Below are positions 30,738-38,851 of a DNA stretch of 64,000 nucleotides, one piece after another. The notes below the pieces were generated by a model. It did no database searches, had not been told where the DNA came from, and saw only the letters and a list, made by a program, of their open reading frames with translations. Position 1 is the first letter of the stretch, and the number at the start of each line of letters is the position of its first letter. A program made the translations under genes and the position numbers. The stretch comes from a virus, in IMG/VR virus record IMGVR_UViG_3300043788_000060, positions 1 through 64,000 of that record; one strand, written 5' to 3'.

Positions 30738-30814
30738 GCGGTATCAGGGGTGCTGATTCTCCAGACGGTCTTTCAAGCCGTTGGACGCGGGTTTGATTCC
30801 CGCATACCGCGCCA
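30738..30814 (+). tRNA. tRNA-Glu(TTC)
   Basis: ACGGT-CTTTCAA-GCCGT; CCA end. Confidence 0.8.
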
Positions 30815-30835
30815 ATTCAAATAAGGGGAGAGCCG

Positions 30836-31354
30836 TTGAGCAACCCAAAAGATGTAGGAAGAACGGAACGAATCGCAGAAACTGTCCGATTACTCTCGGT
30901 GGCAGATATTGTCCCTCCGTACACAACCTTCGATATTACGGAAGAAATGCTCGCTGAATACATCAGAGTCTATGGTAGTCTCGGACCCAAAGGAAACGGA
31001 AAGTTCCACTACGGGTTCGCTCGTAAGTTAGCTGGGCTAGAGCTTCTTCGGCTCAAGTTTCATAGGGGCGCTAAACCCAAGGATTGCAAAGAAGGCCAAG
31101 TCTACTTAATTGGTAATCCTGCATGGCCGGAGCACATCAAGATCGGAATGTCTGTAGATTCCGACGCTAGGTTGGATTCATACCAGACGTACGATCCATT
31201 TCGCGCCTATTACATCAAAAATTACGAATTTGTCCTCGACAGACGGGCTGCGGAAAAGAAGTTAATAGATGATTTCGGATTTCATCTACTGGAGGGAGAA
31301 TGGGTCAAGTATTCAGACTCTTCCAAGATAATCAAGGCAATTCGAACATTTTAA
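30836..31354 (+). CDS. GIY-YIG superfamily (T5orf172-like) nuclease-domain protein
   Basis: GQVYLIGNPAWPEHIKIGMS.D...RL..YQT..P...AEKKL...GEWV. Confidence 0.75.
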   Translation: MSNPKDVGRTERIAETVRLLSVADIVPPYTTFDITEEMLAEYIRVYGSLGPKGNGKFHYGFARKLAGLELLRLKFHRGAKPKDCKEGQVYLIGNPAWPEHIKIGMSVDSDARLDSYQTYDPFRAYYIKNYEFVLDRRAAEKKLIDDFGFHLLEGEWVKYSDSSKIIKAIRTF

Positions 31355-31359
31355 CACGT

Positions 31360-31435
31360 TGGACGGTCGTATAACTGGTATTACACTTGATTGTTACTCA
31401 AGGCGATGAGAGTTCGAATCTCTCCTGTCCAGCCA
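31360..31435 (+). tRNA. tRNA-Asn(GTT)
   Basis: CTTGA-TTGTTAC-TCAAG; GCCA end. Confidence 0.85.
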
Positions 31436-31442
31436 AATTTAA

Positions 31443-31517
31443 TACCTCGTTCGTTCAGCGGCAGGACCACTGACTCTGACTCAGTTAACGGTGGTTCGAA
31501 TCCATCACGAGGTGCCA
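31443..31517 (+). tRNA. tRNA-Gln(CTG)
   Basis: ACTGA-CTCTGAC-TCAGT. Confidence 0.85.
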
Positions 31518-31593
31518 CGCCAGCGTCGTTCAACGCCAAGGACCTTGAGCTTTGACCTCAAAGATAAAGGTTGGATTCCTTTCGCTGGTGCCA
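31518..31593 (+). tRNA. tRNA-Gln(TTG)
   Basis: TTGAG-CTTTGAC-CTCAA. Confidence 0.8.
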
Positions 31594-31598
31594 TTTTC

Positions 31599-31674
31599 GC
31601 GGGCGTAATTCAATTGGCAGAATGTTGGTGTGCCACACCAGATGTTGCCGGATCGTTGCCGGTCGCCCGCTCCA
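31599..31674 (+). tRNA. tRNA-Gly(GCC)
   Basis: Loop GTGCCAC; TCCA end; atypical T-loop. Confidence 0.8.
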
Positions 31675-31697
31675 TTTCGTCCAGATAATGGACAAAC

Positions 31698-31774
31698 GCA
31701 TCTGTGGCTCAGACGGTACAGCGCGTCCCTCGTAAAGACGTATTTCGCAGGTTCGATTCCTGTCAGATGCTCCA
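31698..31774 (+). tRNA. tRNA-Thr(CGT)
   Basis: Loop CTCGTAA; CCA end. Confidence 0.85.
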
Positions 31775-31775
31775 C

Positions 31776-31851
31776 GCCGGTCAAGCTCATTAGGATGAGC
31801 AATCCCTCGGTAAGGGATAGGCAGTCCGTTCGATTCGGATGATCGGCTCCA
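31776..31851 (+). tRNA. tRNA-Thr(GGT)
   Basis: ATCCC-TCGGTAA-GGGAT. Confidence 0.8.
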
Positions 31852-32197
31852 TTTTAGTAAGAAATTTGTCACACTTTTCTGACAAGTTGTGGTATAATGT
31901 ATTTGTTGGTAGGTAACAGGTATGGTGAGGAGAAAAACCCCTAACCCTGAGCCGAACTTGAAGGACGCTTCGAGATGCCACCAAAATCGGTGCTGAGTTC
32001 CGAAACGGACTCAGATGAGGGACCCAGTATTCAGGTTTGAGGGAAGATACCACCGAAACAAGCTTATGACCCACTATGTTTGTCCAATGTGCGAGAAACC
32101 CGACGGCAAAGAGTACGACGATTTCTTGTCGATTAGCAGCAGAAAAGGAATTTTGAGGTTCTGCGAATTTTGCAAACATACGTGGAGAGAAAAGTTT

Positions 32198-32272
32198 GCC
32201 TCGTAAGCATTGGTGCTGATGCACCGGTCCTGTAAACCGGACAACTCAGTTGAACTCTGAGACGGGGCTCCA
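32198..32272 (+). tRNA. tRNA-Thr(TGT)
   Basis: CCGGT-CCTGTAA-ACCGG. Confidence 0.75.
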
Positions 32273-32359
32273 TACAAGCATCTTGTGACACCTACTCCAG
32301 ATGCGCCTAACTAGGAAGGCTAAGTGGTGTGACTCCCGGGAGAGTACGGACAAATTTAT

Positions 32360-32435
32360 GGTGGGATTGGCCGAGAGATTTAGGCGCGGGACTGTGACCC
32401 CCGATACAGGAGTTTGATTCTCCTATCCTACCCCA
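32360..32435 (+). tRNA. tRNA-His(GTG)
   Basis: Loop CTGTGAC; G-1:C73 pair; CCA end. Confidence 0.8.
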
Positions 32436-32439
32436 AGGT

Positions 32440-32511
32440 GCCAGAAAATTCCGGCTCGAATCCGGACCAACGGGTGCAAACGTTGAGTCGTCTAACGGGA
32501 GGACATCTGGC
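32440..32511 (+). ncRNA. Circularly permuted tRNA-like element
   Basis: Order is GCCAGA, T-arm, capped acceptor-like stem, D-arm, TCTGGC. Confidence 0.55.
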
Positions 32512-32520
32512 TGTATTTTT

Positions 32521-32592
32521 GGGCCGGGCTCCGAAGAGCAGATTTTCCTTGCAAGAAAGTCGCGGTGGGTTTAACTCCCACACGGTCCACCA
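32521..32592 (+). tRNA. tRNA-Ala(TGC), reduced D-arm
   Basis: Loop CTTGCAA; G3:U70 pair; ACCA end. Confidence 0.7.
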
Positions 32593-32646
32593 ATGTATGA
32601 ATGGGACCAACCGCTGCCGAGGCAAGTTGCCCATTCGCCCGTTTTA

Positions 32647-32722
32647 GCCAACTGAGCAAGAGTGGTCTTTGCACCGGCTTGAAGCACCGAGGAGAGGCGT
32701 TCGATTCGCCTAGTTGGCACCA
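32647..32722 (+). tRNA. tRNA-Phe(GAA), weak anticodon stem
   Basis: Acceptor GCCAACT/AGTTGGC; loop TTGAAGC. Confidence 0.7.
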
Positions 32723-32727
32723 TAAAG

Positions 32728-32800
32728 TTTTGCCTTGGTGTAATAGTGAGCACGAAGCCCCATAGGGGTTTATGATCCGGCTAAAATCCGGGAGGCAAAA
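32728..32800 (+). pseudogene. Degenerate tRNA-like cloverleaf without CCA
   Basis: D-, anticodon- and T-like stems present; non-canonical loops. Confidence 0.4.
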
Positions 32801-32808
32801 AGTTTTAT

Positions 32809-32879
32809 CAGTGACTGGGGTAGTGGTCGCCTCCGAGCCTCGGATGCTCGTGGAGAAAGTTCGATTCTTTCGTCGCTGA
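32809..32879 (+). tRNA. tRNA-Pro(CGG), no encoded CCA, abuts the next tRNA
   Basis: CGAGC-CTCGGAT-GCTCG. Confidence 0.75.
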
Positions 32880-32967
32880 CGGGGTGTAAAACCGTAAATA
32901 GAAGCGGTCCTGCTTTGGAAGCAGGAGATTAAGATCACTGGACGTGCAAGTCGTCTCACCCCGACCA
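32880..32967 (+). tRNA. tRNA-Pro(TGG) with enlarged variable region
   Basis: CCTGC-TTTGGAA-GCAGG; acceptor CGGGGTG/CACCCCG; ACCA end. Confidence 0.7.
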
Positions 32968-32972
32968 GTTAT

Positions 32973-33047
32973 GCCCGGTTCGTTCAACGTATAGGACCCA
33001 AGATTGCGAATCTTGAGACAGAAGTTAGACTCTTCTATCGGGCACCA
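32973..33047 (+). tRNA. tRNA-Arg(GCG)
   Basis: CAAGA-TTGCGAA-TCTTG. Confidence 0.8.
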
Positions 33048-33052
33048 TTTAC

Positions 33053-33129
33053 GGCTCTATCGGCAACTGGAAAGTCGATCTCGCTTCGAACGAGAAACAG
33101 TGTAGGTTCGAGTCCTACTAGGGCTACCA
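33053..33129 (+). tRNA. tRNA-Arg(TCG)
   Basis: TCTCG-CTTCGAA-CGAGA. Confidence 0.8.
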
Positions 33130-33130
33130 C

Positions 33131-33204
33131 GCGAGTTTAATTTAGTGCCAGAATGTCGATCTCCAAAATCGAACGCAGGGGTTGAATTCCTCTAACTCGC
33201 GCCA
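33131..33204 (+). tRNA. tRNA-Trp(CCA)
   Basis: TCGAT-CTCCAAA-ATCGA. Confidence 0.8.
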
Positions 33205-33209
33205 TTTTC

Positions 33210-33285
33210 GCCAACGAGGACGAAGCGGATAGTCGCCGCCCTCATAAAGCGGTTGTAGCTGATTCGAGTTCAGCCGTTGGCACCA
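33210..33285 (+). tRNA. tRNA-CAT (Met or Ile2)
   Basis: Loop CTCATAA; ACCA end. Confidence 0.75.
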
Positions 33286-33430
33286 AGTTCAAAGAACAGG
33301 GGCAGAAATGTCAACTGTTCCTAGGCGGATAGAGCGCCCGGTCTAATAGCTGGCACATGGCGAGAGGAAGGAACAGGGTACCTTACGTCGTGCCGCCCTA
33401 TCCGTGACCCATTAGTCCGAATAATGGACT

Positions 33431-33525
33431 GCCGGAATTCTCAGGCGAGACGCTGGGTTTTATAAGCCCGGTTGTTGTCGGTCGATAGCCGATGCGCGAG
33501 AGATCGTCCCTCTCTTCCGGCCCCA
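33431..33525 (+). tRNA. Atypical tRNA with TAT anticodon and long variable arm
   Basis: Acceptor GCCGGAA/TTCCGGC; TGGGT-TTTATAA-GCCCG; T-stem GAGAG/CTCTC; CCA end. Confidence 0.65.
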
Positions 33526-33526
33526 C

Positions 33527-33601
33527 GGGTTGCAAGCTTTGATGGCGAAGCATCCGGCTCTTACCCGGAAGAACAGATTTCGATTATCTGGCAACCCACC
33601 A
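33527..33601 (+). tRNA. tRNA-Lys(CTT)
   Basis: TCCGG-CTCTTAC-CCGGA. Confidence 0.8.
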
Positions 33602-33619
33602 ATTAAAAGTCAACACTGT

Positions 33620-33694
33620 GGGCCTCAAGCTTTAATGGTGAAGCAGTTGGCTTTTAACCTCCAGAACGGGGATCGTTACCCCGGGGGCCCACCA
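33620..33694 (+). tRNA. tRNA-Lys(TTT), weak anticodon stem
   Basis: Loop CTTTTAA; ACCA end. Confidence 0.7.
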
Positions 33695-33701
33695 AGTTTA
33701 T

Positions 33702-33779
33702 GCGCCAGTGGCTCGAAATGAACTAGGCCCCGAGCTTCTACCTCGGAGTATGCAGGTTTGAATCCTGTCTGGCGTTCCA
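33702..33779 (+). tRNA. tRNA-Arg(TCT)
   Basis: CCGAG-CTTCTAC-CTCGG. Confidence 0.8.
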
Positions 33780-33997
33780 TTTTGCGCAGGACCTCATCGT
33801 TGGCCCAGCAGAGATTTTGATATCCACGGGGTCTCACAGAAAGTAACCTGCGCAAATTTTTTCGAGGAGTTCAGATGAAAGTTGAATTCGCTTTTATGAA
33901 ACCTTGGTCCGGGATTTGGGTCGGGTTTCTCTGGGACGAACAAGTTAACGGATTATATATTAGTTTGTTACCTCCGTTTGTCATCAAGTTTCTATTT

Positions 33998-34073
33998 GGT
34001 CCCGTAGCTCAAGAGAACAGAGCGGTAGTTTCCTAAACTTCAGACCCGAGTTTAAGTCTCGGCGGGACCCCCA
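33998..34073 (+). tRNA. tRNA-Arg(CCT)
   Basis: Loop TTCCTAA; CCA end. Confidence 0.8.
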
Positions 34074-34163
34074 AGTTTGTGTGGTTAGCGAGGGAAGGGC
34101 AAGCTCCACCTCCCAAAGCGTTTGATGAGCAAAGGTAACAACAAACATCCACACAAAGTTTTT

Positions 34164-34238
34164 GCAGACGTAGTGAAACGGACATAATAAAACCCTCCGA
34201 AGGTTTAGTTGGCAGTTCGAATCTGCCCGTCTGCACCA
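34164..34238 (+). tRNA. tRNA-Arg(CCG)
   Basis: AAACC-CTCCGAA-GGTTT. Confidence 0.85.
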
Positions 34239-34395
34239 TGTTTGTAACAGCAGCGAGAAATCGCAGGTAGGAACGCCCTTTCTGAGCGGTCAGCCGTCGT
34301 CCCGAGGCTTCCCATAATGGACCGGTGGGACATCACACAGATGTTAAACGCCCGCTATAATTTCGGGGCACTCAGAATCTGTTACAATTCGTTTT

Positions 34396-34473
34396 GCCGG
34401 GTTAACTCAGTCTGCTCAGAGTGCCTCTCTTACAAAGAGGAAGCCGAAGGTTGGAATCCTTCACCCGGTACCA
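34396..34473 (+). tRNA. tRNA-Val(TAC)
   Basis: CCTCT-CTTACAA-AGAGG. Confidence 0.85.
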
Positions 34474-34478
34474 TATTT

Positions 34479-34556
34479 CCCAGAGTAGCTCAAGTGGCTC
34501 AGAGCACTCGACCGATAATCGAGAGGTTGGGGATTCGATTACCCCCTCTGGGACCA
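34479..34556 (+). tRNA. tRNA-Ile(GAT)
   Basis: CTCGA-CCGATAA-TCGAG. Confidence 0.85.
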
Positions 34557-34668
34557 TACAATTTATTTGCAGAATACTTGTGTATTGGCTTTCTGATGTC
34601 AAGAGCCGAATACGACAGCACATGGCAGTGCATAATAAATCGTCCTGCAAATGAGACATCAAATTTTC

Positions 34669-34746
34669 GCGGCCATAGCCAAGTCTGCTAAGGCAATAGT
34701 CTTCCAAACTATCATCACGCGGGTTGGAATCCCGCTGGCCGCTCCA
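34669..34746 (+). tRNA. tRNA-Gly(TCC)
   Basis: ATAGT-CTTCCAA-ACTAT; TCCA end. Confidence 0.85.
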
Positions 34747-35123
34747 TCGTTCCGCTACCATGTGTAGTCCGAATTGGCTCGACGGTTCCCGACGGGCCCC
34801 CAAAATTTTAGTCCGGATAATGGACTAATTCGATCCGAGCCCGAGCGCCGGAATCCCACGAGAACAATATGTCGAATGAATCCAAAATCACAGCCGAGTT
34901 GCGTGTGAAAAGCTGCGTAGTTAGCCAATTCCCCAAACCAAACAAACGATCATTTGCTCCAAGCAAACAACAGGGAGAAGAAGTTTGGGAAGTTAAAGCT
35001 GAAGGAGACGGAATACCCTACCCCATCTCTCTGCACTTCACGACTCTGCCCGGACACAAAGTTATTGCCCCTATGGGGAAAATCAAGATCACAATCGAGG
35101 CTTCGGCCTAAAGGAATTTTAAC

Positions 35124-35771
35124 ATGGCACGTCAAGACACGTCAGTTGGCTATTACAATTATCCGGTAGCCACTACTACTTCCACCTCCGCTAATATCAT
35201 TCTTGCACCAACTGCTTCGGGTGTGTACCCCGGGTTCCCTTCCCCCCTATTCCCGTTGTCCACTTCGACCTATCCGGCTGCTCTGATTCTATCGGTTCCG
35301 CCTGATGTCGCTTTGAGCGAGTCGTGGGATGGACATCCATTTGAAATCGTAGTTGCTGGGCGTTTGACTACATCGGCTACTTCGAATTTCTTGCTCAATA
35401 TGTACAACGTGACCAATGCCGCTTCGTATGGGGCAACCCCAAGCGGTTCCGCGTATAAGGCAGCGTCCACTAGCGGTACAGGCGTAACTACTCTTATTAC
35501 CGGTACGGCGACGGCAGTTGGTTCGGGCGGTGCTTCGGTCAACTTTGTAGCTCGTGGCCAGTTTATTTGGGATTCGATTTCGAAAACACTGAACGCCGCA
35601 AACGCTGCTTCCACCTATCAAGCAGGATCGTCCGTTTCCACAGCGAATACTACTGCCTCAGTAACTAGCATCGCAGCCACCGATCTAAACTTCACGTTGG
35701 GGATTACGTATTCGTCCGCCACCGCCGCTCCCGCTCTAGTATTGACCGAGTGGGTAATCAACCGCATCTAA
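35124..35771 (+). CDS. Putative virion structural protein (Thr/Ser/Ala-rich), paralog of 56309-56989
   Basis: Shared motifs W.G.PF, NF....(I/L)WD..S..L and terminal E(W/F)VI..I. Confidence 0.65.
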   Translation: MARQDTSVGYYNYPVATTTSTSANIILAPTASGVYPGFPSPLFPLSTSTYPAALILSVPPDVALSESWDGHPFEIVVAGRLTTSATSNFLLNMYNVTNAASYGATPSGSAYKAASTSGTGVTTLITGTATAVGSGGASVNFVARGQFIWDSISKTLNAANAASTYQAGSSVSTANTTASVTSIAATDLNFTLGITYSSATAAPALVLTEWVINRI

Positions 35772-35778
35772 CCAACAC

Positions 35779-35808
35779 AGGAGGGTCTTCGGGCCCTCCT
35801 AACTTCTT
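35779..35808 (+). terminator. Probable intrinsic terminator
   Basis: AGGAGGGTC-TTCG-GGCCCTCCT hairpin followed by a T-rich run. Confidence 0.55.
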
Positions 35809-36036
35809 TAAGGGGTCCAGTATGGAATGGTTAGTTCTTATTGGATTTCTGGTGCTGGCAGGCTGGGGAATCGACCGCCATCTTCGCCTGCGCGATATAG
35901 AAATCGCCCTCAAAGATCATCTAAGCGATCTCGAAACAGCTTCGCCTCTCACCAAAACCTGCGAATGCTGCCTGCAATCCCGGATCATGGAGATTAAACA
36001 CCTGATCAGGGAACATTTCAAGTTGTAAGGAACAAC

Positions 36037-36417
36037 ATGGCAACTACTGTAATCAAAACTCGGGTCGCGGTGAATTTGGGAAGCATCTCGGCGGTCAATA
36101 CTCCTGTGACGTTCGGTCTCGGCGATATGACTTTTAACTATCGCGGATTCCTGACTATAATGGGCGGCTCAGGCGGCGCGGTAACGACACCGACATATAT
36201 TCTGGAAGCCAGCCTCGATCAGGGAGTTAGCTGGTTTGCAATACCGGCCAACACTACCCAACCCGCCGTTGTTACCGGGACTTTCCTTACAGGAGACACC
36301 GCCGCGCTTTTTGTCAACCAGTATAATGTGTCCGGTCTGTCTGGAGCGTTATTTCATTTTGGTTTGACAGCAGGATCGGCTATAACTGCGATTCCGATTT
36401 GGGCGCTGGTAGGATAA
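36037..36417 (+). CDS. Putative structural protein
   Basis: Beta-rich, LEASLDQG.SW motif; RBS AAGGA. Confidence 0.55.
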   Translation: MATTVIKTRVAVNLGSISAVNTPVTFGLGDMTFNYRGFLTIMGGSGGAVTTPTYILEASLDQGVSWFAIPANTTQPAVVTGTFLTGDTAALFVNQYNVSGLSGALFHFGLTAGSAITAIPIWALVG

Positions 36418-36815
36418 ACTCGTCCGAATAACGGACAGAAAAGACAAATTCAATGGCAGAAAAATCTCACACCGGTTCCCGCGCAAAGTCCGCGCTCTCC
36501 GGCAAGGGCAAGTCGAAATCGAAGTCCAGTGGCAAGAAACCACATCGCCTGACTATTCGCCACGGCAAGTCTGGTGGCCACGTGGTTACCCATCACTTTG
36601 AACCCGACGAAAGCGGAATGGCACAGCCGGACGAAGAACACGTATTACCAGATCAGCAATCCATGCTCCAACACGTAGCCGATAATACGGACAATAATCC
36701 TATTTCCCAACCTCTTCCTCAGCCAACTGTGACCCCTTCTCCCACAGCAGGAACAGCCCCTCCCGCCGGAATGTAAAAGGACCGTAAACTCTAGTCCTAG
36801 AAGGTAATTTATCTT

Positions 36816-37076
36816 ATGTCTATTGGAAATGTCATCGTGGATCATTGGGGAGCAATTGCTGGAACGGGCGGCGGGTTTCTTGCCTTCAACGCGGCAGTAG
36901 CCGCCCTTCCGCCTAAAGACACCAAGATATCTTCTTTCAAACAATTCCTTGCGGTGTCTTACGGATTTGTCTACGATTTTCTGCATAACTTCGCGTCGTT
37001 CCGGAGTGGTGGTTCTTCCAACCCTTCGACCCTTCAAAACCCTACCCAGCCGGTATCCCCGGCCACGACCAAATAA
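36816..37076 (+). CDS. Small membrane protein (holin-like)
   Basis: Hydrophobic segments. Confidence 0.4.
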   Translation: MSIGNVIVDHWGAIAGTGGGFLAFNAAVAALPPKDTKISSFKQFLAVSYGFVYDFLHNFASFRSGGSSNPSTLQNPTQPVSPATTK

Positions 37077-37090
37077 CCAAGGAGATTCAA

Positions 37091-37522
37091 ATGGCAACAA
37101 CTTTCAAATCATTTCTTAGCGCAGTCGGCCACGACTTCGTGACTGCTCTAAACTGGATTGGCAGCACCAAGGGGCAAGCAGCTATCGCGGGTACAGAAAC
37201 TATTGTCAACTCGGTAGTGACTGCCATTAACCCAGCAGCCGGTCTGGCGTTGGACGGCGTGGAGGCTCTTGTTAATGCTGGCCTAAAGCAAGTCGTTGCA
37301 ATCGAAGCATCCGCCGCCGCGTTGAATGTACAGAGCGGAACAGGCGCTCAGAAGCTGGCCGCTGTGGTAGCTGCTTTGACACCGCAGGCTCAGGCTTTGC
37401 TGGTGAGTGTTGGAGTTTCTGCTCCGACAGCAGCAGAAGTTCAGACTCTGGCAAGCAATATTGCTAACGGTCTCGTGGCCATCCTCAATGCAATTCCGGC
37501 TTCTGCAACCGCAACAGCGTAA
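37091..37522 (+). CDS. Ala-rich hypothetical protein
   Basis: RBS AAGGAG. Confidence 0.65.
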   Translation: MATTFKSFLSAVGHDFVTALNWIGSTKGQAAIAGTETIVNSVVTAINPAAGLALDGVEALVNAGLKQVVAIEASAAALNVQSGTGAQKLAAVVAALTPQAQALLVSVGVSAPTAAEVQTLASNIANGLVAILNAIPASATATA

Positions 37523-37541
37523 ATCGTCCGAATAGTGGACT

Positions 37542-38264
37542 ATGACCACTTGGTTAAGTAAAATTCGTTTATGGGAAGTAGCACTGACTGTGCTAGTAGC
37601 CTTCAGTTGCTACTTTCTGTGGACGGCTTCACAAACCGATAGACAGATCGCGCAACAGGCAACTGTTGTTCTCAAGCACGCTGACAAGTCTTTGTCTGGG
37701 ATTGACAAATCGGTTGCCCAAGTTGGAACGGCTTTTACTACCGCCGCAACTGCTGTAACTAAAACCCAGAAGTCTGTAGCAGCAGTATCGACGCAGTTGT
37801 CTGGGGTAGCGGTTGGTTTGCAAAAAACGGTAGCTTTGGTTAACGCCCCGTGCGCGCCCGGCCCATGCGGAACGGTCGCGGAGGTCGGAAAGACCCTGAA
37901 TACCGCTAGGCTTACTATGGGTCAAGTCGAGATCGCTACAAACTCCTTCGACAAGAACCAAGACAAGTTTTACCAGCAGGAAGCGCAGTTGTACGCCGAT
38001 TCGGATGGGGCGGCAAAAAATCTGAATTCCATTTTGACTTCACCAGATGTCTACGATTCTCTACACAACATAAATACTGTGACCGCCAATCTAGGACAAT
38101 CGACGACTGATTTCCAGAATAAATTCCACGATTTTTTGTATCCTCCGCCGTGTGCCGGATTCAAATGTTGGGTTAGGAAAACTTACGAGACAATCAAAGT
38201 TGGGTCGGACTTGTTAGAACCTGCGTATTATGGTTGGGCGTTAGTGGGGAACATCAGACCTTGA
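37542..38264 (+). CDS. Membrane-anchored coiled-coil protein (spanin-like?)
   Basis: N-terminal TM helix followed by a long helical region. Confidence 0.55.
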   Translation: MTTWLSKIRLWEVALTVLVAFSCYFLWTASQTDRQIAQQATVVLKHADKSLSGIDKSVAQVGTAFTTAATAVTKTQKSVAAVSTQLSGVAVGLQKTVALVNAPCAPGPCGTVAEVGKTLNTARLTMGQVEIATNSFDKNQDKFYQQEAQLYADSDGAAKNLNSILTSPDVYDSLHNINTVTANLGQSTTDFQNKFHDFLYPPPCAGFKCWVRKTYETIKVGSDLLEPAYYGWALVGNIRP

Positions 38265-38438
38265 GCCCCGAATCCATAGAACGGATCAGACAATATGTCT
38301 CTGGTACCAGACGCGAGGATGTAGCTTCCGCTAGAAACAGTCGCGACAACGGGTACAAATCCATCGCTATGGAGCATGAAAACAGGGTCGCGCTAGCCGA
38401 TCAAATCTTGAAGGACCTCGCAGAATTTGGAGGGCAGA

Positions 38439-38576
38439 ATGCCGTATAAATCGAAAGCGCAAGAAGCCTATTTCAACGTCAACCGCAAGAAACTTGAGAA
38501 GCAAGGGGTCGATGTTGGCGAATGGAATAAGGCGTCTAAGGGAAAGAAACTCCCCAAGAAGGTCAAGAAGAAATAG
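38439..38576 (+). CDS. Small basic phage protein (MPYKSKAQ...)
   Basis: Hand-translated 45 aa, Lys-rich; RBS GGAGG. Confidence 0.65.
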   Translation: MPYKSKAQEAYFNVNRKKLEKQGVDVGEWNKASKGKKLPKKVKKK

Positions 38577-38851
38577 TGCCAGACTCTCGCGCAAAATCCG
38601 TGCTTGGTAAATCTGAACCTCACGGACAGGGAACCCGGGTTGCGGAGTATATTGAAACGCCTCTTCGCATTCACTGCGGAACTTGCGAATATCTTGTTGG
38701 CAAAAAATTTTGTAGACAAGGGAACGTAGCTAAAGACAAACAGGTCCCGACCGACAAATCTACCGGACTGAAAATTGTTGATCCCGTAAAAGGATGCTGT
38801 CGTTTTTGGGAGCCGGAAGACAAGAAAGATTTGTCCAAATAATGGACGTTC

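Noticed and set aside
32278-32350. Theta/HDV-like ribozyme assignment
   Set aside because: The P3/L3 element cannot be formed, so it is kept only as an unassigned pseudoknot.
28934-34803. Numerous 60-150-aa ORFs on both strands across the tRNA array
   Set aside because: Most are shadows of tRNA genes. Only 29616-29792, 30836-31354 and possibly two other small plus-strand ORFs look real.
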